Below are positions 31,371 to 41,557 of a stretch of 64,000 bases of DNA, in pieces. The notes below the pieces were generated by a model that saw only the letters and a program-made list of their open reading frames with translations, did no database searches and was not told where the DNA came from. Made by a program: the position numbers and the translations under genes. Each line of letters starts with the position of its first letter. Positions within the stretch are counted from its first letter, which is position 1. Source of the stretch: an uncultured Planctomycetota bacterium (GTDB lineage Bacteria; Planctomycetota; Planctomycetia; Gemmatales; Gemmataceae); NCBI GenBank assembly GCA_963849325.1, contig CAWKHF010000012.1, forward strand, positions 288,001-352,000. Direction: 5' to 3'.

Positions 31371-32030
31371 TCATAATCGCTGTCCGTGCAACTGGCGGAA
31401 GGTGGCTTCGTCGATGCGCGTGAAGCGAACGCGGTCGCCGGTACGCAGGGGGAAGTAACCGTCGGCGACGTGGACCAGCTCCAGCGGTGTGCGGCCGACC
31501 AGGTTCCAGCCGCCCGGCCGCGCTTCGGTATAGATGCCGGTCTGTCGGCCCGTCAGGCCGACACTGCCCGCCTCGACGCGCAACCGCGGCGCGGACAACC
31601 GGGGCACGCCGCACAGACGAGCCGGCAGATAGCCCAGGTACGGGAAGCCGGGACAGAAGCCGATGGCGTAGACGGTGTACTCGGTATCGACATGCAGACG
31701 GATGACCTCGTCCTCCGTCAAGCCTGTGGTCTCGGCGATTCGCGGCAAGTCCAGCGAAAACTCGTAACAGCACGGGAGCCGATGCAGGCGTGCCTCCCGG
31801 ATCGCGTCGGCGATGCCTTCGGTTACGAGCCGATCGAGAGCTGACGTGACGGCGGCGAGCGTGATTTGATCGAGGTCGAAGTAGACGGCCACGCCGCGGT
31901 ACGCCTGGACGACATCGACGAGCCAGGGCGGCGCCAGGCGGCGCACGGCCGCCGCCCAGCGCAACGCATCGTCCTCGGCGGCGAAAGAAGCCAGCACCGC
32001 CTGATCGCCCAGCGGTCGCAGCGAAATCAT
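31371..32030 (-). CDS. pxpB: 5-oxoprolinase subunit B / allophanate hydrolase subunit 1
   Basis: PLGDQA, YAIGFCPGFPYLG, PRL..PR, GSVG..G.QTGIY...PGGWNLVGRT. Confidence 0.9.
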   Translation of the reverse strand: MISLRPLGDQAVLASFAAEDDALRWAAAVRRLAPPWLVDVVQAYRGVAVYFDLDQITLAAVTSALDRLVTEGIADAIREARLHRLPCCYEFSLDLPRIAETTGLTEDEVIRLHVDTEYTVYAIGFCPGFPYLGYLPARLCGVPRLSAPRLRVEAGSVGLTGRQTGIYTEARPGGWNLVGRTPLELVHVADGYFPLRTGDRVRFTRIDEATFRQLHGQRL

Positions 32031-32255
32031 GCGCGGCTCCGGAAATGTCCACAAGGAAACGCTGGGGAGCAGGATACGGTCAAATGTCTACGCCGGACAC
32101 CATTCGCCGCGAAACACGGCCGCGCCGCTGCTCCGTTGCGGACGCTCGCGCACTTCCCGGACTGTGGTTCTGTATGGCCGCCGATTTGCTAGAATGACGG
32201 TCTTCGGAGCGGTCCCGACGGTGGGGACGCCGGAGCCGGAAGCCCGATTGAGAGC

Positions 32256-33043
32256 ATGATGGCCCAACCGCGTACCTTCACTTTCCTCGGCACCGGCACC
32301 TCGGTCGGCGTGCCCATGATCGGCTGCGACTGCGCCGTCTGCCGCTCGACCGACCCGCGCAACCACCGCTATCGCTGCGCCGTCCTCATCCGCACGCCGC
32401 AGGGCAATCTGCTCATCGACACGCCGCCCGAGCTGCGCCTGCAACTGCTCCGCGAGCGCGTCGGCGTCATCCACGCCGTGCTGTTCACGCACTACCACGC
32501 CGACCACCTGTTCGGCCTCGACGACCTGCGGCCCATCGCCGCGCACGCTGGGCGGCCCGGTGCCGCTGTACTGCACCGCCGAGGTCGAGGGCAAGATCCG
32601 CACCGCCTTCTCCTACGCCTTCGGCCCCGAGGCCGAGTCGCTGCCGGCCGGCATGATCCCCAAGCTGGTCTTCCAGCGCATCGGCACCGAGCCGTTCCCC
32701 GTCCTCGGCCAGCTGGTGACGCCCATCCCGCTCATCCACGCCCATTTCGACGTGTTCGGCTTCCGCATCGGCGACGTGGCTTATTGCACCGATGTCAGCC
32801 AGATTCCGCGCGACGAGCTGGCCGCGCCTGGAAGGGCTGCGCGTGCTGGTGCTCGACGCCCTGCGCTTCAAGCCGCACCCGGCCCACTTCGGGCTGGAGC
32901 AGGCGCTCGACGTCATTCGCCAGTTCCGGCCGGAGCGCGCCTACCTGACGCACATGAGCCACGAGATGGAGCACGAGACGGTCAACCGCCTGCTGCCGCC
33001 CAACGTGCAGCTGGCCTACGATGGGTTGAGCTTCGAGTTTTAG
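32256..33043 (+). CDS. MBL-fold metallo-hydrolase, PhnP-like (frameshifted)
   Basis: LGTGTSVGVP.IGC.C.VC, THYHADH..GLDDLR, AYCTD, HF, THMSH, AYDG. Confidence 0.9.
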
Positions 33044-33064
33044 CTCTTTTCATGGGAGGTCCTC

Positions 33065-34481
33065 ATGGCGGACCCCTCGATGAACGTGCCCGACGACCTG
33101 CAGCCAAGCGTTACGGCGGCACCGGCAGGAGCACGTCCTGGCCTGGTGGGACCGCCTCGACGACGCCGGCCGCCGCGGCCTGGTCGAGCAGCTGCAGCGC
33201 CATCGACCTGGACCGCCTGGCCCAGCTCTACGCCGAGCGCGACCGCACCTACCAGGTCCCCGATCGTCGGCGCATCAAGCCGGTCGCCGATCGTGCCGGC
33301 CGACGCGCCGGACAACGCGGCCATGCGCGCGGCCGGCGAGGAGGCGCTGCGGCGCGGCGAGGTGGCCGTGCTCGTCGTGGCCGGCGGACAGGGCAGCCGG
33401 CTCGGCTTCGAGCACCCCAAGGGCATGTATCCCGTCGGCCCGGTCAGCCGCAAGAGCCTGTTCCAGATCCACGCCGAGAAGGTGCTGGCCCTGGGCCGCC
33501 GCTACGGCCAGCAGCCGCCGCTGCTGGTCATGACCAGCCCGGCCACCGACGCCGAGACGAAAGAGTTCTTCGCCGAACAGCGCTATTTCGGACTGCCGAA
33601 GGAGGAAGTATTCTTCTTCTGCCAGGGCACGATGCCGGCCCTGGACCTGGCGACGGGCAAGCTGCTGCTGGAGGCGCCGGGCCGGCTGTTCCTCAGTCCC
33701 GACGGCCACGGCGGCACGCTGACGGCCCTGGCCAAAAGCGGCCTGCTCGAACGCTTGCAGCGAGCGCGGCATCCGCCACCTGTTCTACTTCCAGGTGGAC
33801 AACCCGCTCGTGAAGGTGGCCGACCCGATCTTCCTGGGCCGCCACCTGTCGCAGCGCTCCGAGGCGTCGTCCAAGATCGTGCCCAAGCAGGGGCCGAAGG
33901 ACCGGCTGGGCAACCTCGTGCTGGTCGAGGGCCGCTGTACCATGATCGAGTATTCCGACCTGCCCGACAGCGCTGGCCCACGAGACGGACGAGAACGGCC
34001 GGCTGCGTCTGTGGGCAGGCAGCCCGGCGATCCACATCTTCGACATGGATTTCCTGGCCCGGCTGACCGAAGGGGCCGGCAAGCTGCCGTTCCACGTCGC
34101 CCGCAAGAAGGTGCCGTACCTCGACGACAACGGGCAGACCGTGCAGCCGGCGAAGGAGAACGCCCTGAAGTTCGAGCGCTTCATCTTCGACGTGCTGCCG
34201 CTGGCCGAGCGCTGGCTGGTGATGGAGACGTCGCACCGCGAGGAGTTCGCGCCGCTGAAGAACGCCGAGGGGGCCGATTCGCCGGAGGCGGTCGAGGCAG
34301 GCGCTGAGCAACCTGGCCGCCGACTGGCTGACGCGGGCCGGCGTCGAGGTGCCGCGCAGCGCCGAGCGGCGACGCCGGCGGTGCCGCTGGAGATCAGCCC
34401 GCTGTTCGCGCTGGACGCGGAGGAATTGGCCGCCCGCGTGGATCGCGGCACACGCATCGACGGGCCGACGTATTTCGATAG
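33065..34481 (+). CDS. UDP-N-acetylglucosamine pyrophosphorylase, UDPGP/eukaryote-like family (frameshifted)
   Basis: AGGQGSRLG..PKG, QG.MP, PDGHGG, QVDNPL, IEYSD, KFERFIFD, EFAPLKN. Confidence 0.88.
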
Positions 34482-34482
34482 G

Positions 34483-34521
34483 GACGCTTCGCAGGAGCGT
34501 CTGACGCTTCTGCGAAGCGTC
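34483..34521. repeat. Intergenic palindrome
   Basis: GACGCTTCGCAGGAGCGTC-T-GACGCTTCTGCGAAGCGTC. Confidence 0.6.
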
Positions 34522-34554
34522 GCTAACGCTACGATTATTAGAAAGGGCAAAGGA

Positions 34555-35637
34555 ATGCTTCACGCGATGATCATGGCGGGCGGCGGCGGCACGCGGTTCT
34601 GGCCGCGCAGCCGGCAGCAGCGGCCCAAGCAGTTCCTCGCCCTGGGCGGCGACCGCACGCTGTTGCAGCAGGCCATGGACCGCATCGAGGGGCTGCTGCC
34701 TGCCGAACACGCCTGGGTCATCACCGGCCAAGCCTATCAGGCGGAGACGGCCCGGCAACTGCCGCAGCTGCCGGCCGATCACATCGTCGGCGAGCCGTGC
34801 GGCCGCGACACCGCCGCCTGCATCGGCCTGGGCGCGGCCCTGATCGCCCGCCGCGATCCGTCGGCGATCATGCTGGTGACGCCGGCCGATCACGTCATCG
34901 AGCCGGTGCACGAGTTCGAGCGCGCGGCCCACGTCGCCGCCGCGATGGCCGAGGAGCACCCCTCCGCCCTCGTCACCTTCGGCATCCCGCCGACGTTCCC
35001 GTCCACCGGCTACGGCTACATCCATCGCGGCCCGGAGGTCGGCCAGCGCCAGGGCGTCAGCGTCTTCCGCGTGCAGGCGTTCGAGGAGAAGCCGCCCGCC
35101 GACCGCGCCGAGCAGCTTCGTCGCCTCCGGCGAGTACTACTGGAACAGCGGCATCTTCGTCTGGCGGGCCGCCACGGTGCTGGAGGAACTGCGGCGACAG
35201 CAGCCGAAGCTGCACGACGGCGTGCGGCGCATCGCCGACGCCTGGGACACGCCGCAGCGCGACGCCGTGCTGCGCCAGCGAATACGAGGCGATGCCGAAG
35301 GTCAGCATCGACTACGCCGTCATGGAGCACGCCCGCGAGGTGCTGGTGGTCAAGGCGCCGTACCGCTGGGACGATGTCGGCAGCTGGCTGGCCCTGGAAC
35401 GCATGCACCCGCAGGACGCCGACGACAACACCGTGCTGGCCGACGCACTGCGGCCTGAAGACGAATCATTGCGTCATCGTCGGCGACGCCGGCCGGCTCA
35501 TCGCCACCATCGGCGTGGAGAACCTGCTCATCGTGCAGGACGGCGACGCCACGCTGGTCGCCGACCGCCGCGACGAGGGCACGGTCAAGCAGCTGGTCGA
35601 GCTGCTGAAAAAGAAAGGGCTGGAGCAATACCTGTGA
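34555..35637 (+). CDS. manC: Mannose-1-phosphate guanylyltransferase (frameshifted)
   Basis: IMAGGGGTRFWPRSR..PKQFL, EP.GRDTA, PADH, TGYGYI, F.EKP, SIDYAVME, WDDVGSW. Confidence 0.9.
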   Translation: MLHAMIMAGGGGTRFWPRSRQQRPKQFLALGGDRTLLQQAMDRIEGLLPAEHAWVITGQAYQAETARQLPQLPADHIVGEPCGRDTAACIGLGAALIARRDPSAIMLVTPADHVIEPVHEFERAAHVAAAMAEEHPSALVTFGIPPTFPSTGYGYIHRGPEVGQRQGVSVFRVQAFEEKPPADRAEQLRRLRRVLLEQRHLRLAGRHGAGGTAATAAEAARRRAAHRRRLGHAAARRRAAPANTRRCRRSASTTPSWSTPARCWWSRRRTAGTMSAAGWPWNACTRRTPTTTPCWPTHCGLKTNHCVIVGDAGRLIATIGVENLLIVQDGDATLVADRRDEGTVKQLVELLKKKGLEQYL

Positions 35638-36093
35638 GCGACGCCGCACGCGTCTGCTCGGCGTGGACTACGGCACCGTCCGCGTCGGCCTGGCCGTCAG
35701 CGACCCCGACCGCCGGCTGGCCTCGCCGCTGGCCGTGTACCGAACGGCGCGGCCGCGACAGCGACGCCGCGTACTTCCGCGCCGTCGTGGCCGCGGAGGA
35801 AGTCGTCGGCCTCGTCGTCGGCCTGCCGGTCCATCTCGACGGCCGCGAGGGACAGAAGGCCGGCGAGGCGCGCGCCTTCGGCGCGTGGCTGGCCGAGACG
35901 ACCGGGTTGCCGGTGACGTTCTGGGACGAGCGCTTCAGCACGGTCGAGGCCGAGTCGGCGCTGTGGCAAGCGGGACTGACGCACAAGAAGCGCAAGGCGC
36001 GCCGCGATCGCGTGGCGGCGCAGATTCTGCTTGCAGGCGTATCTCGACGCCGGCTGTCCGGCCGAGTCCGCCGCCGGCCCGTTAGAAGGATGA
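35634..36093 (+). CDS. ruvX: Holliday junction resolvase RuvX / YqgF (frameshifted)
   Basis: GVDYGTVRVGLAVSD, VVGLP, WDERFST, DRVAAQILLQAYLD. Confidence 0.88.
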
Positions 36094-36315
36094 TCCGCGA
36101 GAGGGACGCCTATCGCATGGCTCGTCTGCTCGCTGGCTGGTTCGGTGGTTCACCGGCACTATCTTTGCGGCGAGCAGGCAGCGCCCGGACCTCGGGGGCA
36201 AGCTCTGCCTTCACACGTTTCTCGTCCCAGCCGGGGGGAAATGTCTGCTTGTTCATTCCGCATCCGCTTGTTGGACCAACCGTTCCTCCGCGGCGATGGG
36301 TTAGGAGCTGTCGTT

Positions 36316-37041
36316 TCATCGACTCTGACGCTTCCACCAGACGGTCCACTTGTCGGGATCATCCCCGAGCCTCTGCTCGGTAAGAACTTCCAGACCTTGT
36401 TGCGCTGATTCTTTGAGGTCCGGGTCGCGCAAGAGTTCGATGAGAACGGGGACCGCCCGCCTGTCGCCCAGCGCACCTAAGGCGTAACAGGCCAGGTCAG
36501 CTGGCGAGGAACGGATGCAGTTGAGCGTCTTGCCGTTCGTATCGCCGCCCCGGCCTTCCTTGTCCTTGGTAAGGGCCACGATTTCCGCATACGCTTCTCC
36601 GGCTTTCATCTCTCCCAAAGCGGCCACGGCGATGCTTCGCACGTATGGAGACTTGTCCTTGAGAGCGTTTCGGAGGGTGGGGATCGCCCGCCGATCCTTG
36701 AGGACACGTAACGCGACCACAACATTGTCGCGGTCCCGGCCGCTGACCTGGGGAAGATCGACCATCATGACGGGGACGCCACGGAAGTCGCCCAGCTTAC
36801 CGAGAGCCAGGGCCGCTCTCCGTCGGATCTCAACCTCTGGGGACTTCAAGCATTCGTGAAGACGTTTCAGGGCCATCTCTTTTTGCTCTCCGGCCAGATC
36901 GGCAATCGACTTCGCAAAGGGATCGGTCAGAAGGACCGCCTTGGGGTCATGGAACGCATCCCAGTCAATCGCTTTGCACGTCTGGGCAAAGGCGAGCACG
37001 ACGAGTAGAGCACTCGCCATCAATACGTGTACGAATCGCAT
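36316..37041 (-). CDS. Secreted HEAT-repeat protein
   Basis: Signal peptide; VRRRAALALGKLGD-type repeats, AVPVLIELLRD, W..WW C-terminus; lower GC3 than neighbours. Confidence 0.8.
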   Translation of the reverse strand: MRFVHVLMASALLVVLAFAQTCKAIDWDAFHDPKAVLLTDPFAKSIADLAGEQKEMALKRLHECLKSPEVEIRRRAALALGKLGDFRGVPVMMVDLPQVSGRDRDNVVVALRVLKDRRAIPTLRNALKDKSPYVRSIAVAALGEMKAGEAYAEIVALTKDKEGRGGDTNGKTLNCIRSSPADLACYALGALGDRRAVPVLIELLRDPDLKESAQQGLEVLTEQRLGDDPDKWTVWWKRQSR

Positions 37042-37220
37042 CCTCTTACTCCTTCCCTCTGGTTTGCTCACGCCTGGAGCAACCTGTCGCGGTTGCCGCG
37101 CAACCTTCACGGACTCGCGCAGCCTATCCCTATTTTCCCTTGTATCCCGTCCGAAACCATCTCGTCAAGGAAAGAATGATGTTCCGCGTTCCGTTCCGCG
37201 GAGATTGGGTGCTGCGCGGT

Positions 37221-40128
37221 TCACCAGCGTAATGGCTTCTGCCACGCTTCCTTGAGGGCCGCCAGCGGTGCCCAGATGATCCATTCGCCGCTCGCCCCGG
37301 CGATGCGCAGGCGCGGTTCCTCGCACGTCTGCCCAATTGGTGTCAACGGGGTGTCACTTCCGAAGCACGAGCGGAACGCGGCCTCCTTGTCGGGTCGCAC
37401 CTCGACGACGAAGCGCGTCGTCGATTCGCTGAACAGCAGCACGTCGTCCGGCAGGCGCGGCATCGCCCAGGCGCGTCACGTCGGCGCCGATGCCGCCGGC
37501 GAAGGCCATCTCCGCCACGGCGACGGCCAGGCCGCCCTCGCTCAGGTCGTGGCACGAACGCACCAGACCGGCCATGATCGCCTCGTGCAGCTTGCGGAAG
37601 ATGCGCGGCGCCAGTTCCAGGTCCGGCCGCGGCACCGTCCCGCCGTCGAGTCCGTGCACGAGGTGGTAGTGCGAGCCGCCCATCTCGTCCCTGCGTCGCG
37701 CCGACGAGGAACAGGAGGTTGCCCGGCTCCTTCAGGTCCATCGTCACGCAGCGGCGCACGTCCGGGACGCGGCCCAGGGCGCTGATGAGCAGCGTCGGCG
37801 GGATGACGATGTTGCCGGCCGCCGGAGTGATATTCGTTCTTGAGGCTGTCCTTGCCGCTGATGAACGGCATGCCGTAGGCCAGGGCCACGTCGCGGCACG
37901 CCTCGGCCGCGCGCACCAGCGAGCCGAGCACCTCCGGCCGGTCGGTGTTGCCCCAGCAGAAGTTGTCGAGCAGGGCGATCCGCGACGGGTCGGCGCCGAC
38001 GGCGACGACGTTGCGCACCGCCTCGTCGATGGCGGCGGCGGCCATCGCGTAGGGGTCGAGGTCGCCGTAACGCGGGTTGATGCCGCAGCCGACCGCCAGG
38101 CCGGTCCACGAGCCGAGCACCGGCATGACCACCGCCGCGTCGCCGGGGCCGTCGTCGTCGACGCCGACCAGCGGCTTGACGACGCTGCCGCCCTGGACCT
38201 CGTGGTCGTACTGGCGGATGATCCATTCCTTGCTGCACACGTTCGGCGAGGCGAGGATTTTCAGCAGGACGTCGTTGAAATTCTCGGGGCGAGCGGGGGG
38301 CGTCAGCCCCCTGTTGGGTGTCAACAGGGGGCTGACACCCCCCGCTCGCCAAGTCGCCTGGCGCACCACCGGCGGCCGGCCGTCGTGCAGGAAGTGCAGG
38401 TCGAGGTCGGCGACCTGCTGCCCCTGGTAGAACAGCCGCAACCGGCCGGTCGCCTCGAAACGGCCGAGGACCGTCGCCTCCACGTCTTCGCCGGCGCACA
38501 GTTCCTGTAACTGCGGCCACGTCTCGGGCGGCACGGCCAGGACCATGCGCTCCTGCGCCTCGCGAGATCCAGATTTCCGTGTACGACAGGCCGGCGTACT
38601 TCAGCGGCGCCTGCTCGAGCTGCACCGCCGCGCCGAGCTCCTCGCCCATCTCGCCGACGGCGGAGCTGAAGCCGCCGGCGCCGCAGTCGGTGATGGCGTG
38701 ATACAGCCCCTGGTCGCGCGCCTGCAGCAGCACGTCCAGCAGCTTCTTCTCGGCGATGGCGTTGCCGATCTGCACCGCGCCGCCGCTGACCTTCTCCGAC
38801 TCCGCGGTCAGCTCGACCGAGGAGAACGTCGCGCCGTGGATGCCGTCGCGGCCGGTGCGGCCGCCGACGGCCACGATCAGGTCGCCGTCGCGCGGCTCCT
38901 TGTGGCAGCGGTCCACCGGGAGCAGGCCGACCGTGCCGCAGTAGACGAGCGGGTTGCCGAGGTAGCGGTCGTCGAAGCAGACGGCGCCGTTGACGGTCGG
39001 GATGCCCATGCGATTGCCGTAGTCGCGCACGCCGGCGACGACGCCCTTCATCACCTTCAGCGGGTGCAGCACGCCCGGCGGCAGCGACTCCGGCGGCGTG
39101 TCCGGCGGCGCGAAGCAGAAGACGTCGGTGTTGCAGATCGGCTTGGCCCCCAGGCCGGTGCCGAGCGGGTCGCGGATGACGCCGCCCAGGCCGGTGTTGG
39201 CGCCGCCGTAGGGCTCGATGGCCGACGGATGGTTGTGCGTCTCCACCTTGAAGCAGACGTGATAGCGGTCGTCGAAGCGCACGACGCCGGCGTTGTCCTC
39301 GAAGACGCTGACGCACCAGTCGTCGGCGCCGAGCCGGCGGCGGACCTCCTGCGTGGCGGCGAAGATCGTCTCCTTGAGCAGGTTGTCGTAGCGCCGAACG
39401 CTGCCGTCCTCTCGCTGGAACTCGATGCGGCCCTTGAGCGTCTTGTGCGAGCAGTGCTCCGACCACGTCTGGGCCAGCGTCTCCAGCTCCACGTCGGTCG
39501 GGTCGCGGCCCAGCTCGCGGAAATGGGCCTGGATGGTCCGCATCTCGGCGAGGCTGAGGGACAGCTGGCCGTCGCGGCTGAGCTTCTCCAGGGCCGCGTC
39601 GTCCAGGTCGCGCAGCGGCACGGTGACGAGCCGGAAGCGAGTAATCGGAGCCGAGGCTCAGGTGATCCAGGGTCAGCGGGCCGGCGACGACCTGCTCGAT
39701 CGCCTCGTTGGCGAGCACCTTGCGGAAGAGGACGGCCCGCGCCTCGGGCGGCGCCGGCGGGCCGAAGTAGCGGCGGAAGGTGCGCACCGACGCCGACGGG
39801 GATGCCGAGGTCGCGGGCGGCCTCGACGACGCTCAGCGCGGTCGGGTCCATCACGCCAGGCTTGAGCAGGACCGTGGCCAGGTGGTCGGGCGCAGGTGTT
39901 CGTTGAGGGTGCCCAGCCGGCCGGACTCGACGAGCGGATCGACCAGCAATTCGTCGGCCAGGCGCTTCGCCTGCGGCGCGACAACTCGCCCTCGACGAGA
40001 TAGCCGCGCGCCGTGCCGGTGATCCGCTCGGCGCCGTCGCCTGTGTGCGTCAGCAGGTCGTATTCTTCACCGACGCGCCGGCGCTCCCCATCGTCGCCCC
40101 TGGGCTGAATCTCGATCTCCCAGAACAT
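37221..40128 (-). CDS. purL: Phosphoribosylformylglycinamidine synthase subunit PurL (several frameshifts)
   Basis: [71 protein letters not shown]. Confidence 0.95.
38288..38350. repeat. 63-bp palindromic element in frame within purL
   Basis: GGCGAGCGGGGGGCGTCAGCCCCCTGTTG-GGTGT-CAACAGGGGGCTGACACCCCCCGCTCGCC; translates as [21 protein letters not shown]. Confidence 0.85.
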
Positions 40129-40173
40129 GCTGTCGTCTCCGTCGCACTCCGCCGCAGGCGGCTGGGTTGGATC

Positions 40174-40776
40174 TCACAAGAACCAGAGCCGGAAGACGTA
40201 GATACCGATGAAGGCGCCCACGAACAATCCGCTGATAATCAGGCCGCTGGTGGCCACGATCATGTGATGGCCGCGCGTGCGTAAGGCGGCCGCGGCCTGT
40301 CCCAGGCCGAGCACGCCCAATAGCGCGGCGCCCAGGATCAGGACCAGGGCCAGCAGGGCGACGGCAATCGTCATGCCCACGGCGGCGACGGTGATCGCCG
40401 CAATCACTTCGCCGACGACCATCAGGACCCAGGCGCCGATGCCCATTGCCAGGCCGAGGACGGCCTGGCGGAAGTGGGCACGGGCCTGCTCGGGAGCGGC
40501 CTCGCGGGATTCCAGAGCACGCTCGACGCAGGCGGCACACAGGACCTGGTCGCACCAGCGTGTGCGGCAGACTTCGCAGAAGTAATTGCCGCAACGGCCG
40601 CAGGTGCCGACCGCCTCCTGTCCGGCGTGAACGGCGCAGGCGCCCTCGCCTTCGCGGGCCGGTCGGCCGGTGCGACCCGGCGGTTCGTACAGCGGATCGC
40701 GGCAGTTAGGGCAGCGCGCACCGAGGCGCTCGCGGTCAACCGGCAAGGGATAGTCACAGGAGGGACAACGGTTCAT
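40174..40776 (-). CDS. Zinc-finger (B-box-like) membrane protein
   Basis: CPSC..CPNC; C..H...C..C...FC..C...C..C; three TM helices. Confidence 0.75.
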   Translation of the reverse strand: MNRCPSCDYPLPVDRERLGARCPNCRDPLYEPPGRTGRPAREGEGACAVHAGQEAVGTCGRCGNYFCEVCRTRWCDQVLCAACVERALESREAAPEQARAHFRQAVLGLAMGIGAWVLMVVGEVIAAITVAAVGMTIAVALLALVLILGAALLGVLGLGQAAAALRTRGHHMIVATSGLIISGLFVGAFIGIYVFRLWFL

Positions 40777-40779
40777 GGC

Positions 40780-41519
40780 CTAGCCCTGCCATTGCTTGAC
40801 GATGCTGAGCAGGGCGATCGCCGACGACCACACGACGCCGGCCAGCCCCGCCGTCACGCCGGTCATGGCCAGTCCCCTTCCGGCCAGGTGTGCCTTGCCG
40901 TCGATCTGCCGCAACGCCAGCCAACCGAGGACCAGCTCGCCGCTCGCCAGGACCAGGGCGATCAGACAAAATACCAGCGCCACGACGACCCCATTCTCCA
41001 GGGTCATGTAGACACCGATGGCCATGAAGGTCAGGAACAGGCTGACCACGGTGCTGACCAGAGCGAGGATGAAGGCGAGGAGGGCGAGCGGCGCCAGGCG
41101 GGCCGGCCGACTCAGGCCGCGGACGCGGAAGTTCTTGCACGGCCCGCACAGTGTCTGCCCTTGCAATGCGACCACACAGGCGGAGCAAAACGAGGCGTGG
41201 CAGGCGTCGCAGGTCGCTTCCCTGGGCGTCTCGTCGTGGTTGAGACAGTAAGCGGGGTTGGGACGGTGTCGGGCGCGCACGCGGCGCGGCGGCAAGGCTT
41301 CCGGCTCGGGCCAATCATCCTCGGCGGTCGGCCGGGGGTGCGCGGCCGAGACGACGGCGGCATCGGCTGGGCCTCCTCCGGTTCCGGCTCGGGGACCGTG
41401 CTCGACCACGGCACGCGATTGCCGTGGCCACATTCGCAGAAAACGAGCGTGCCGGACAGGTGCTCGGCCCGGCCGTGGCGCTTTCCGCATTGCTTGCAGG
41501 CGAACCAAATATGTCTCAT
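40780..41519 (-). CDS. Zinc-ribbon/B-box-like membrane protein; target gene of the integrated element (frameshifted)
   Basis: MRHIWFACKQCGK...FCECG..NRVP, CLNH..CDAC..FC..C, TM helices; first codons lie across the left att repeat. Confidence 0.75.
41490..41507. repeat. att site (left direct repeat)
   Basis: TTGCTTGCAGGCGAACCA. Confidence 0.9.
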
Positions 41520-41557
41520 AATAGATCGTCCTAGCCGCTCCCGAAAGGAGGAATAGA

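Noticed and set aside
29514-31376. Long antisense ORFs (also 2917-3933, 7372-8520, 38545-39906 and others)
   Set aside because: Shadow frames of well-supported genes on the opposite strand in high-GC DNA
34045-35637. UDP-GlcNAc pyrophosphorylase-ManC fusion ORF
   Set aside because: Read-through crosses an intergenic palindrome; a TAG at 34479-34481 is one base out of frame and manC has its own SD and ATG at 34555
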